Of a stretch of DNA of 64,000 nt, positions 10,701-22,500 are shown piece by piece. Every line of letters begins with the position of its first letter. Position 1 is the stretch's first letter. The position numbers were made by a program, and so were the translations under genes. This stretch comes from Pocillopora damicornis (Eukaryota), in assembly GCF_003704095.1 (NCBI RefSeq), contig NW_020846526.1, positions 1-64,000 of the forward strand, in the 5' to 3' direction. The notes below the pieces were generated by a model. The model was not told where the DNA came from. It did no database searches and saw only the letters and a program-made list of their open reading frames with translations.

Positions 10701-13700
10701 GAAAACCACAGATGCCCATCACCCAGTTTTCCGGCTACCGTATTCCGGCAAGATTCCCAGAAATTTTTTCGCTTCCCGGCAGCTGAATCGGCAGCAAGAG
10801 TGCGATCTATTAATCCGTCGCCCTTCTCAACAGCTAACCACTTGTGACAGGTAAAAGTCTTAAGCTCCTGACTGAACGCGTCATAAATCTTGATTGTGTT
10901 TAGATACCAGGAGGGGCTTTCACCAGAGTTGTCATGCCACACGCGCACTCTCCGTAAGGGGCCAACATAACTCGGAACCGAGAGGGTAAAACACATTAAG
11001 CTACCTCTTGCAAATGGAATGAAGGAATCGCTCTTTAAATGATGAGGTCGACTGGATTCCATTTCGCCCTCAAGCACAAGATACACCTTAGCACTGGTAC
11101 CAGAATCAAACCAAATGCCTGTGGATATTTCAATCTCGTATCGACAACACCAGGGTGACAAAGATCCCAAAAATGGTTTATCGCCAATCTGAAATGAACG
11201 ACAAAGCGGACGTTGTTTGATGACTTTATAATTCTAATTTAAACACATTTAAAAGATGTAGAATAAGGTCATCATCCTCTCCTTGAGAAACATACTGACA
11301 CCTACCTTCAAAGTATCTTTCTTGTCGGCCTTCCGAACCCACAGTATAAGTATTAAGTAGAGTCCGAATACACAGCTCACTGTCATTATAACAGCTACAT
11401 TTCCAGTCTCTGGAATACGTTTTAATTCAACAAATACTTTGTCAAAATCGATGGGGTTTGGTGCCACGAACAATTCACCTCCAAATGCAGTCAAATGGTT
11501 GCAGTGGCAGTAAATCATGTCCATGGTTGTTGTTTCAGCCACCTGTTCATAATGCAAACCATTGTCAATAAGAAAACACTAAATTGTCTGTATGAACTTA
11601 GTTCCGCACTTGATTTGATAAAGAAAGTGGTTAGATAGCATTGACACTGAACAACAATGCTCACTTACCTTACATCCATCAAACGTCCATTTAGACATTG
11701 TGGTATTCCAATAGAGACAGGCAGCTGGCATGACTTGTATGGTGTAATTTTCATCGCCCTTCCTAAAGATTCGATTGCGTGGAGACTGTCCTGCTTTAGT
11801 ATCGTCTGCTGCAGGGACGTCTTTATATTGCACACATGCGCGTTTTGATCGTCCTTGCCCTAAGCACCGCCTATTCCTAGAAGGACTCTTTGACTTGATT
11901 TGTAATCCAATGAAGTAAATTCCTGTCTTTTTGATGAGTTTACTGTCTACGAGTACCTTATATGGATCAGTTGAGCAGTTGACATAACCAGACGACATCT
12001 GAGCGCAGGTCGAGAAGTTAGGGACGGTGACGTTTATATCACTGTTATTAGCTGAGGGTCGTTTTCCAAACTTAAGTGTCACAAACAATTCTGTTTTGCT
12101 ATTTTCTGGACGAACCCTCAGTATCAGAGTTATCCCTAAATGAGTGACATTTATCTTGTGGAACACAGTCTTACGAGTACCAACGGAGTATGATCGAGAG
12201 GTGTTAATTAAGTTGTAATTATTACGCAATTTGATAGTCATCGGCGTTGTCAGTTCTGTTACATTAAAGAGATGCCCATAGCTGTTTTTAAACTCAAGGC
12301 TGAAAACTCCACTTGTCAATCTCGCCGCTGAAGGGTGCCACGAGTAAGATACAAAACTTGTTGTGATCATCTGAAGCAAAAACGGAATTGTGAAATGTGG
12401 CCCACTAATCTACCTTTTCCACATAGAGTAAACTTCTAACTCAGACGCTTTGGTTCATAAAATAACTAAAAAATTTTTCTGGAAGAAAGCCTTAACAGGC
12501 TGTCACTGTTACTCTGATCTTCTGCTGACATGAGAACATACCGGTAAGCAATATGTGCACCATAATGTTAATAATTAAAAAGCGGCTTTTTCGTTGATTC
12601 TTAATACAAAATCTATTTTCTGCTTGATATCCATAACCTGTTGAGACTAAGGCGGGCAAAGAAAAAGACTGACTGTCTACATGTTGCAAATTAGTCAAAG
12701 AACAGGTGACGTTATTTCAATACCTGGCTATCCACAAACAATGTACTATTGCCGAACAGATTCGAATCTGAAGGAAGAGCAAAACTGTAGTCTTGGTTGG
12801 ACAAAACAGATCCTGGTAGCAAGTGAGGCTCCTCTCGGAAAATAAGCAGAGACACAGGCTGGGATGACAGCTCTCTTGGCTTCTCACCGACTATGGTTCG
12901 AGACAAGATGGTTTTTCCAACATTTTCCAGCGACTGTAAAAGGCCCAGAGCTCGTTCTCTTGACTATAAAATACAGTAAGAAAGGCAGCTGACTGAAACT
13001 ACGATTGCTAATTATTTTAATTTTCAGTATTTATATAAAAAATGTTGATACAATTCAGGGAGTGATTGAAGTAATTGAACCTACGAGGTAACTTAAAAAA
13101 TGACTTGGTTTTCTTTATGAATGAACTGGTCTGTGGATTAAGTTTCATTAGGGCTGCTCATAAGCTGATTGCAAGAAAAAAGCACATTAATTTGAGATTC
13201 CCTCATTCCCCCCCTTCCCCAGCAGAATGATTAACGACTACGATCGCTTTTTTGTAACCCAGCAGGAGCTCGCTGCTTCTAAAGATGTAAAGCCAACCAA
13301 TTCCGCCCAGGGTAAACGTCGCACTATTATACCTCATTCCTCCCTTGTAGCAGCTCAGCTGCAGCGTCTTGCTTTGATCTTTGTTGGACAGCAGGGTCTA
13401 GAGAACGAAGGCTTTTTCGTTGGCGGTGGACATGGGCCGAATCCACCTGGTGGGTGTCCCTCATCTCGTATTCTCTTGCCCAGTATGAAGACACCTTGAG
13501 CATGCCACCGAGACCAGCAGCAAGACTTCTTGCACCGTCCAAAAGCGCCTCGTAACTTTTCCCTGCTGAGGATTCTTCTTTCAAAACTGTAGTCATGGAC
13601 TGAAGGGCATCTGCTGCTGCTCTCTGAAAGTTCATCACCACATTGGTGTTCATTAAGGTTTCACAAACTATCATTCAAGGAGGACTCCACCTTCTCCAGG

Positions 13701-15042
13701 TCAAAATTGAGCTTTGAAAGTTGTTTAGAAAAATTTAATGTTTATGAAAAAAATAGATGCGTAAAAAAAAATTTACCTGTGCTTCTGCGGTAACTTCGCC
13801 AACAACCGAGACGGCCTCGGCTATAACCTTGGATATTTGTTGTATTCTTTCCACAGTCTCCACTTGTACAGCAGACAACTGTTTTACAATACTGGATTTC
13901 ACCTGCACAAAATAACGTTTACGAATGACTGTTACCTATAGATAGAAAGGCTTGTCGTGATCAGCATTTCACCCCAGAGACAAGTTTTCAGTCCAAAATC
14001 AGACCCTTTCCGGTGTCCATTGTTGCACAGTCCTCATACGGTGCAAGTTTGTCAACTTGTGGATAATTAATATTTGTTATTTTGAACTTGAAGTCCAAAT
14101 TTACATTAAGTTGTTTTACAATTCTTTGTAAATATTTAGCAAGTTTTCCGTCGGATTTTAAGAAACTGCTCATGAAAACCATTATCGAGTACTCACCCCT
14201 TTCTTCTTTTCTTTGAGCTTATTCTGAGGAATTTTTTCATCAACGTCAACAGCCACAATGGCTGCTTTGGCCAGCTGAACAGCCTGTGACAAGTCTCCTG
14301 ACTGAAGTAATTTATTCAACTGACTTTGGTTTCCAGTCGTCAACTGAACAGCGCGGTCCACAAGCCTCTCTGCGTTTAACTGAAGCTGCAGCACCTGATA
14401 TTAGATAAGAGGAAAAGTAATCAAGAGAATCATTTCAATAAACAAATGTTCAAAAGGAATGGGCAGAAGGTGCACGTTTTGATGAATTTGGCTTTTTCTT
14501 CTTTAAGAGGACGGGCTGCAAATTACTGAATCGCATAACGTCCGTATGTGAAGCCTGCATTGCAACCGTTTCAGAGCTGGAGCCAGTCTACAGCGGCCAC
14601 CATAACTGTATGCATCAAAAAATGTGTTTCTCTACCAAACCTACCCAACTAAGATGGTGGCCACATATTTCGCAAAGAGGTAATAAGCATTGGTCAACAT
14701 TTGCTGTTCAAAAATCTACCACTACTGCAAGACACCAGCTCGTAAAATCGACGCACGATTCTCACCTTTCATCATAAAGCAATGAAAAGTTTCAAACTGT
14801 CAAAATAATGCAGCCTCATAGAAAATTGTCTGAATTCGAATGCATTCGTTCCATACCTGAACAGGAGTCCTCACTTCAGTAAAGGCTCCGAACATGTCAG
14901 CCACTCGTACACGAAAGTCGATTGTAAAGTTTTTTATCTGTTGTCCAGCGGGAAGCGTTGTCTTAATACTTCTTTCCATCCCTTTGTATACAACGTTGGG
15001 AAAAACATCATCGATGAAATAAATGAATGAATACTGCAAAGG
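7729..15042 (-). CDS. Polycystin-1-like (PKD1L family) receptor/channel subunit, copy A, 5'-truncated by gap
   Basis: GT-AG exons (5' to 3'): 15042-14857, 14394-14197, 13902-13777, 13623-13333, 12963-12724, 12370-11669, 11542-11306, 11188-9815, 9586-9421, 9320-7729. They join in frame (about 1700 codons). Motifs: REJ end, GPS CLYWN...W...GC...CHCNHL|TAF, PLAT (VRVWHDNSGESPSWYL), FTRVQRLSCC, GMPRLRQLRV, KLLYLFRFN, GPIFF and multiple TM helices. Confidence 0.93.
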
Positions 15043-15142
15043 NNNNNNNNNNNNNNNNNNNNNNNNNNNNNNNNNNNNNNNNNNNNNNNNNNNNNNNNNN
15101 NNNNNNNNNNNNNNNNNNNNNNNNNNNNNNNNNNNNNNNNNN

Positions 15143-16411
15143 TTTTTGCTTAAATGGAGGGACATGTATACTGACGCCTGAATCCTACCTGAATGCAAGC
15201 AAACCTTGCATATGCCAAAAACGATTTTTCGGAAGATTGTGTGATGCTTATGTTGCTGGTAAGAACGTAGCAACAACTTTCCAATTCTTAATTCAGCATT
15301 GTCGAAAGCATTGTTGTAAGAATCTTTACATTTTTCAATCTTGGTTCCTTAGAGCGTTCGTGTCGAAGTCCGACCGTAGAGCTGCCTGGCCTGTCATCAA
15401 ATGTAACCTCGTTACTGACTGTACGTCGAGCCAATCAGCTTGTAATTTCTTCAAAAGTCAGTCTTGATTGTGAGCTTTTGTATGAGACAATATTTAACTG
15501 GGAAGTGTACGATCTGCATTCACAATCTCGTGAACATCCCTTTCTTTCAAGATACGGTGGTACCTCAGAATTTCTCATAAAACGAGGCAAGCTACCGGTG
15601 GGTATATACTTGGTGCGACCGACTGTTAAAATGGCGGGAACGCAAGTATTTGGCTTCAGTGAGGGCTACATCCGGGTCATTGAAAGTCCATTAGTTGCGC
15701 ATATCTCCGGAGGAACAAAGGTAGAAAGAGGATTCAATAAAACCTTGGTGTTCAATGCTTCCCTGTCACGTGACCCTGATTCCTTCAATCCTCCTAACGG
15801 TAAGATGACTACTTTACTCTGATCACGAAGTAAGACTAGATATATTTGCTTTTCTTAATTTACTGTGGTGGCCATCTTTTCCATTCTAAAATTCACGCTG
15901 ATAATTGACTGTACCCTCTTAGTTGAGAGCGAAGATGTTCCAATAGAAGATTCGTAGTCCACCATCAGGCGCACCTGTCCTCCCCTTTTTTCTTTAATCT
16001 TCCTCTCAGTTTCATTTCCTTTTTTTTTTTTTTTGCTGTCCCTGATGGTAACGTTTCTAGTCTCATCTTATCCTTTCTCGTAAAATGGAATTAAAAAAGA
16101 AAATACGCGAAATGGCCGTTCGGCAAAAGTACCTTAAGGTTACCTTCTATTTTTAGGTCTTCGTTTCACCTGGATATGCAGAAATTCTTCACAAAAGTTT
16201 TCTGACGATCTACTTGAAATACCCGTGGCCCTGCCAAGACCTTCAGCAGCCAATCTCGACCGTGGAGGATGTTTTGGGACTGGAGCAGGAAATATAGGCG
16301 GCAACCATTCCATTTTTAAGATCGACAGTAGCTATATGACAGAGAACAGTTCGTATTTCATAACAGTTGTGGTCGAGAAGCATCCGAGAAGAGCGTATTT
16401 CACACAGGAAG
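15143..16411 (+). CDS. Gap-bounded PKD1L fragment (EGF + REJ exons), probably the 5' part of copy A
   Basis: Exons <15143-15258 (FCLNGGTC...CICQKRFFGRLC, EGF-like), 15353-15799 and 16157->16411. They are collinear with, and diverged from, copy B exons 17182-17316, 17412-17858 and 18295-18589. Confidence 0.85.
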
Positions 16412-16599
16412 NNNNNNNNNNNNNNNNNNNNNNNNNNNNNNNNNNNNNNNNNNNNNNNNNNNNNNNNNNNNNNNNNNNNNNNNNNNNNNNNNNNNNNNNN
16501 NNNNNNNNNNNATCCGAGGGCAAAAGATAGATACTGATATTTTGTGTAGATCTATATAATTTATGGTAACACCCACGTGCATTATATGCATTTCTCTAG

Positions 16600-19500
16600 T
16601 GCCCAGTGCACCCCCGAGGAATTTAAGTTTGGTTCGTAGTGGCTCTTGGTTCATCGTCGTGGAATGGAAACCAGTCCCTATGGGCTATGAGAATGGTGTA
16701 ATCAAAGGATACAGGCTGGTATACAGTGTAAAGAATTCCAGGAATTCTATGTCTATGGCTGATGAATCAATTTATTCTGAGAATACTGCTGTTCTCTCTG
16801 GATTGGACTTTGACACTTGTTACTCAATCCGAGTAGCTGCTTTCACAAGGGTTGGTTCTGGAAATTTCTCGGAGCCAATCGAAGTGAGGACAAAAATGTG
16901 TAAGTAAAGCTCCAGCACGTCCTTTAGCAATACTAAAAATTTACTTCTCGATCACATGGCTTAAAATTTCAAAGGATGGTTGTACTCTTGTCAACTCAGT
17001 AGATTTGATGGAAGGGGACAGGTGATAAAATCCAGAAGGGTTGAGTGATTTGCAGATAAAAAGACATAGCTAGCTCACCTCTCTTTATGTATTCATTGAC
17101 TGACTTCTTCATCTTATCCTATACATCTATCGTTTTGTTTTTATCCACCAATCTCATCTATAATGTTCTTTAATTTTTAAGTTGACTCATGTGAAGGTGT
17201 AATTTGCTCAAATGGAGGGACATGTATACTGACGTCTGAATCCTACAGAAATACGAGTAAGCCTTGTGTCTGCAAAAAACAGTTTGTCGGAAGATTCTGT
17301 GATACCTATCTTGCTGGTAAGGATATAAAAACAACTTTCCGATTCTGAATTCAGAATTTATTGTTTCTTCAAAGCGCCAGAATCTAAGACTTTTCAATCT
17401 TTGTTCCCCAGAGCGTTCATGTCGAAGTCCGACTGTTAAGCTGTCAAGTTTGTCATCAAATGTAACGTCCTCCTTAACTGTGCGTCGAGCCAATCGCCTA
17501 ATAATCTCTTCAGAGGTCATACTTGATTGTGATCTTTCCTCCGAAACAGTATTTAAATGGGATGTGTACGATCTGCATTCGCAATCACGTGAACACCCAG
17601 TTCTCTCAAAATATGGTGGATCTTCAAAATTTCTCATAAGACGAGGCAAGCTACTAATGGGTATCTATGTGGTGCGACTGACCGTAAAAATGGCGGGAAC
17701 GCAAGTGTTTGGTTTCAGTGAGGGCTACATTCGAGTAATTGAGAGTCCATTAGTTGCGCATATAGCCGGAGGAACGAAAGTGGAGAGAGGGTTTAACAAA
17801 ACTTTGGTGTTCAATGCCTCCTTCTCACGTGACCCCGATTCCTTCCATCCTCCTCACGGTAAGTTGACTACTTTGCTTTTCTTAATTTACCGGGGCAGCG
17901 GCAATCTTACCCATTCTAAAATTTACGCTTATCATAAACAGAGCCCCCACAGATTATGGAAAAATATCTTGCCAACAGACGATTTGTAGTCTACGATCGG
18001 GCATACGTTCCTTCTTTTCCTTTGTTGAGTATTTTTCTTTCTCTCAGTTCCATCTCGTAGGGTTTCTTTTCCCCTGCTGGTAACTTTTCTAGTTTGATGC
18101 TGTTTATTCTTTCGTTTCAAACGGAATTTTCAAAGAAGTAAGTGAAAAATTTAGGTGAGTAGTCTTTAGAAAGAGTTGTCTCAAGACCATAGACGTCTTC
18201 ACACACTGCGACCTTTCTCATCTCATCGAACATGAGATTTGGTTGATGATTAATGCTAAATAGTTTGGCTCTCCTACACTGCATTTTATTTTAGGTCTTC
18301 GATTTACATGGATATGCAGAGATTCTTCACAAAAATTTTCCGACGATTTACTTCAAATGCCTGTGGCCCTGCCAAGTCCTTCAGCTGAAAATCTCGACCG
18401 TGGAGGATGTTACGGGACTGGAGCGGGCAACATAGGCGGCAACGATTCTATCGTTATTATCGACAGTGGGTATATGACAGAGAATTATTCGTATTTCATA
18501 ACAGTTGTGGTCGAGAAGCATCCGAGAAAAGCGTATTTCACACAGGAAGTGGTTATTTCTCCTGGTGATCCTTCAGAAGTCGAAATAAGGTACGATGATA
18601 GAACACATAAAAAAACAGGATTAACAAAGTTTCTTTTTTCGATGATTTAAGGGGGCTCTGAGCCTACGGGATAGACTTTGTATACTTTAAAGAAAAATGA
18701 ACCGTACCAAATTAAAGTCGGTTTTGAGCTACAGGTACATAAACCTCAAGGTACATCTAATATTATGTATTGGTCCTATAGTAAACTCATATGTCAAAAA
18801 CTGATCACAACCTTTAGAGAAATGATTTGACATTTTTTGAACAGCAAATGCGTGCTAGCACTTGCAACACTTAAAATGCAAAATTTGTAACTGATGGCTT
18901 TTCTTGCGGGCCGAGTATTGTATTTTGTCCCGCGCAAATGAAGACTTATAAATTACCACAAACACAGAAAAACATGCTGGCCCGAAATCATGGACAGAGC
19001 GTGAAAGAGCTGTACATTTTCTTAAGTAGATTAACTCAAAACATGCCCGTAGAGAAATATTTCAAAATTGGTAAATTTTACAAGACATATCTTTGTTCTG
19101 TGTCCTTTTAAATGAATTCATTTTTTTGTATCCAAGATGTGTAGATAACTGTGACTCAAAAGCGAATCCTTCTCGTCGTTTAGCGCTTGAGCGACTGTGT
19201 GAGAAGGTTGACTGCGAAAGAGGCCTCTCCTACCAATGGACTCTCTTTGAGGCAGTAGTAGCGAATGAGTCTAAATGGATTCAGGTCAGTGATTTACAAG
19301 AAAAAATTCGTACACGATTGAACTCGCCGAGAATCGTCATAAAGCCTGTGGTGCTGAGATTTAATAAGATTTACAAAGTCGTACTGACTGCTAAACGCCG
19401 CGGAGGGCATCCGGGTTTCTCAGAGTACCAGTTCGCCACTTATGGCTCCCCCACGGAGGGAAAATGTGACGTCACCCCTTTGTCTGGAAGAACGCTGGAG

Positions 19501-22500
19501 ACCACCTTCATTTTTGAGTGCAGTGGTTGGGAAGATCCAGATCGTCCCTTGCAGTATTCCTTCCTTTATTTCACCGATGACGATTTTCCCAATGTTGTAC
19601 ACAAAGGGATGGAAAGCAGAAAGAAGACAAAGCTTCCCGCTGGAAAAAAAATAAACAACTTTACAATCGACTTTCGTGTACGAGTGGCTAACATGTTCGG
19701 AGCCTTCACTGAAGTGAGGACTCCTGTTCAGGTATGAAAGGGGAGCATTTAGAGAAAGTTATACAGAGCCGCTTTATTCGGCAGGAAGGAAAGTTTGAAG
19801 GTTACTTTTCTATATCAATGAAATTGAGACGTGTAAATTCTGACCAATGCTCAGTACCCCTTTACGAAATGTGTGGCCGCCTTCTTAGCTAGAATTTTCG
19901 GAAAGACACGCTTGTAGAAAGCACTCATGACAGCCCCTGCCCCTGTCCATCTCGGAATCAACTGTAGTGCGGGCTCCCTCGGTGATCCCGTAAAGTATGG
20001 ACAAAAATTCATTAAAAACGTGCCGCTTCTGCAAATTTCTTTTGAAGATTCTTTATTGAAATGATTCTCTTTTGCTTTGCCTCTTATCTAATACCAGGTA
20101 CTACAGCATCAGATAAACGCGGTCAAGCTGTTAGAACGCGCTGTTCAGTTGACAACTGGAAACCAGAGTCAGTTGAATAAATTACTTCAGTCAGGTGACG
20201 TGTCACAGGCTGTTCAGCTGGCCAAAGCGGCCATTATGGCTGTCGATGATGATAAGAGAATTCCTAAGGATAAGCTCAAAGAATCGAGAAAAGCGGTGAG
20301 TGCACAACAAATAAAATCAAATTGCTCACTTTCAGCATTCTCCACTGCTCGGGAGGGGGAAAGGTTCTCCGTCTTATATGAACAGTGTTGGTCCTTAATA
20401 CGTTGATTAGGATGGTATTATCTCTATTACATATTTAATTTTTCTTAAACACTGAGAAAAAACTTGCAAAATTGCACTATTGAAATTCATTAAAATATCA
20501 AATTCATTAGCAGTTTATAGTTTATAGATAAAGAGGATATTTACATGGAATTATAATACTGAGTTGTAGATGCTGATCATAACTAACCTTTCTTGACAAC
20601 AGGTTGCATTTATGGACGTCATTTTTTTTACAGGTGAAATCACGGATTGTCAAGCAGTTGTCTGCTGTACAAGTGGAGACTGTGGAAAGAATACAGCAGA
20701 CATCAAATGTTATAGCCGAGGCCGTCTCGATTGTCAACGAAGTTACCGTAGAGGCACAGGTATATGTAGCTTACTGAATTTTTGTAAATATACATTTGCA
20801 GTTATAAACCTCCTTAGTTTGAAGGGAAAGGCTAACGAGCTTTGTAGTCAATCTTTTCCGATCCATCACCTTTGAAGAAAAAAGGGTAAAGTCGAATTTG
20901 TATTTTCTCCTCAAATGACACTTTGTGACGCCTGAATGCACGCTGATAAGTTGATAAACTTTCAGATAGCAGCAGCAGATGCCCTTCAGTCGATGACTAA
21001 AGTTTTGAAAGAGGAGTCTTCTGCAGATAAAAGCTACGAAGAGCTTCTGGACGGTGCGAAGAGTCTTGCCGCTGGGCTCGGTAGCATGCTCAAGGTGTTT
21101 TCTTACAGGGCTAGAGAGTACGAGGCACGCAACACTCACCAGTCAGATTCTGAAAATGTACACCGTCAACGAAGAAGCATTCGTTCTCTAGACCCTGCTG
21201 TCCAACCAAGTTCAAAGCGAGATGCTGCAGCTGAGCTGCAACAAGCGAAGAACGAGGTACAACAACGTGACGTTTCTTATAGTTTCCTCCATATCTTGAG
21301 GAGCAATGAGGTCCCGCTTGCTGAAAAAAAGCGGGAAGTCGTGACATCGTGAATTTTTGTTAGGGTTTGAGGAGGTTGATGCTAAACCGAGTTAATGCTC
21401 TCGTTCCTTGCAATCAGCTTAGAACCGATTTAGCGGAACTTTATCCACCAATCGGTCTATTCATAAAGTGAGAGCTATCTCTTAGGTTAAATCACTTCCT
21501 AAATTGTATCACCATTTCTTATTTAATGTTCATGATAATTAGTCTTGTTAATCCAACTTGGTTTCAGCCATAGGCTTAGCCTCGTCTGGTTTCCATTAAG
21601 ACTTATAACTTTACCTTGCAGTCAAAAGCTCGAGCTCTGGACCTTTTAAGGTCGCTGGACGATGTCGGAAGTACGATCTTGTCCCGAATCCTTGTCGGAG
21701 AGAAACCTAGAGAGCTTTCATCCCGTTGGGTGTTTCTGCTTGTATTTCGAGAGGAACCTTACTTTTTGTCAGGGTCAGTTTTGTCCAACCAAGGCTACAG
21801 CTTCGCGCTTCCTTCAGATTTAAACCTGTTTGGCAATGGTACACGGTTTTTGGATAGCCAGGTATGGAATTGACGTTAACTGTTCCGCCTCTGATCAGTT
21901 TTCTGAATGTCGCAATCAGTCAGTTTCTTGGCCTGCTTCACGCTCAACATACTATGAATTAATGCCAACACACAAACTGAATTAATGCATAATTGTGTTT
22001 AGGAAAGAATCAACAAAAGCCGGCTCCTTATTATGTTCATTAATTAACGTTATAATAAACACAATGTTTACCTTACGTTGTCGTACCATTGGAAGATCAT
22101 AGTGAACTTAACGCCTATTAATACCTCATTAGCCTTATATTTCACATGCAATTTCCATTAATTTTAAGATGTCTTGAGTGGTCTCGTCTGCCTAAAGAAG
22201 AGCTCGGGAAGTCTACTGTAGGTGGAGAAGATAAATAAGCAGGGCCACATTTCCTAATTGCGTTTGTATTTCAGATGATTACAACGAGTTTTGTATCTTA
22301 CTCTTGGCACCCTTCAGCGGCGAGATTGACAACTGGAATTTCCAGTCTTGAGCTAAAGAACAGCTCTGGGCATCTTCTGAATATGTCAGAACTGACAACG
22401 CCGATGATTATCAAACTGCGCAATAATCAACACTTAATTAACACTTCTCGATCACACTCCATTGGTACCCGTAAGACTGTGTTCCACAAGATAAATGTCA

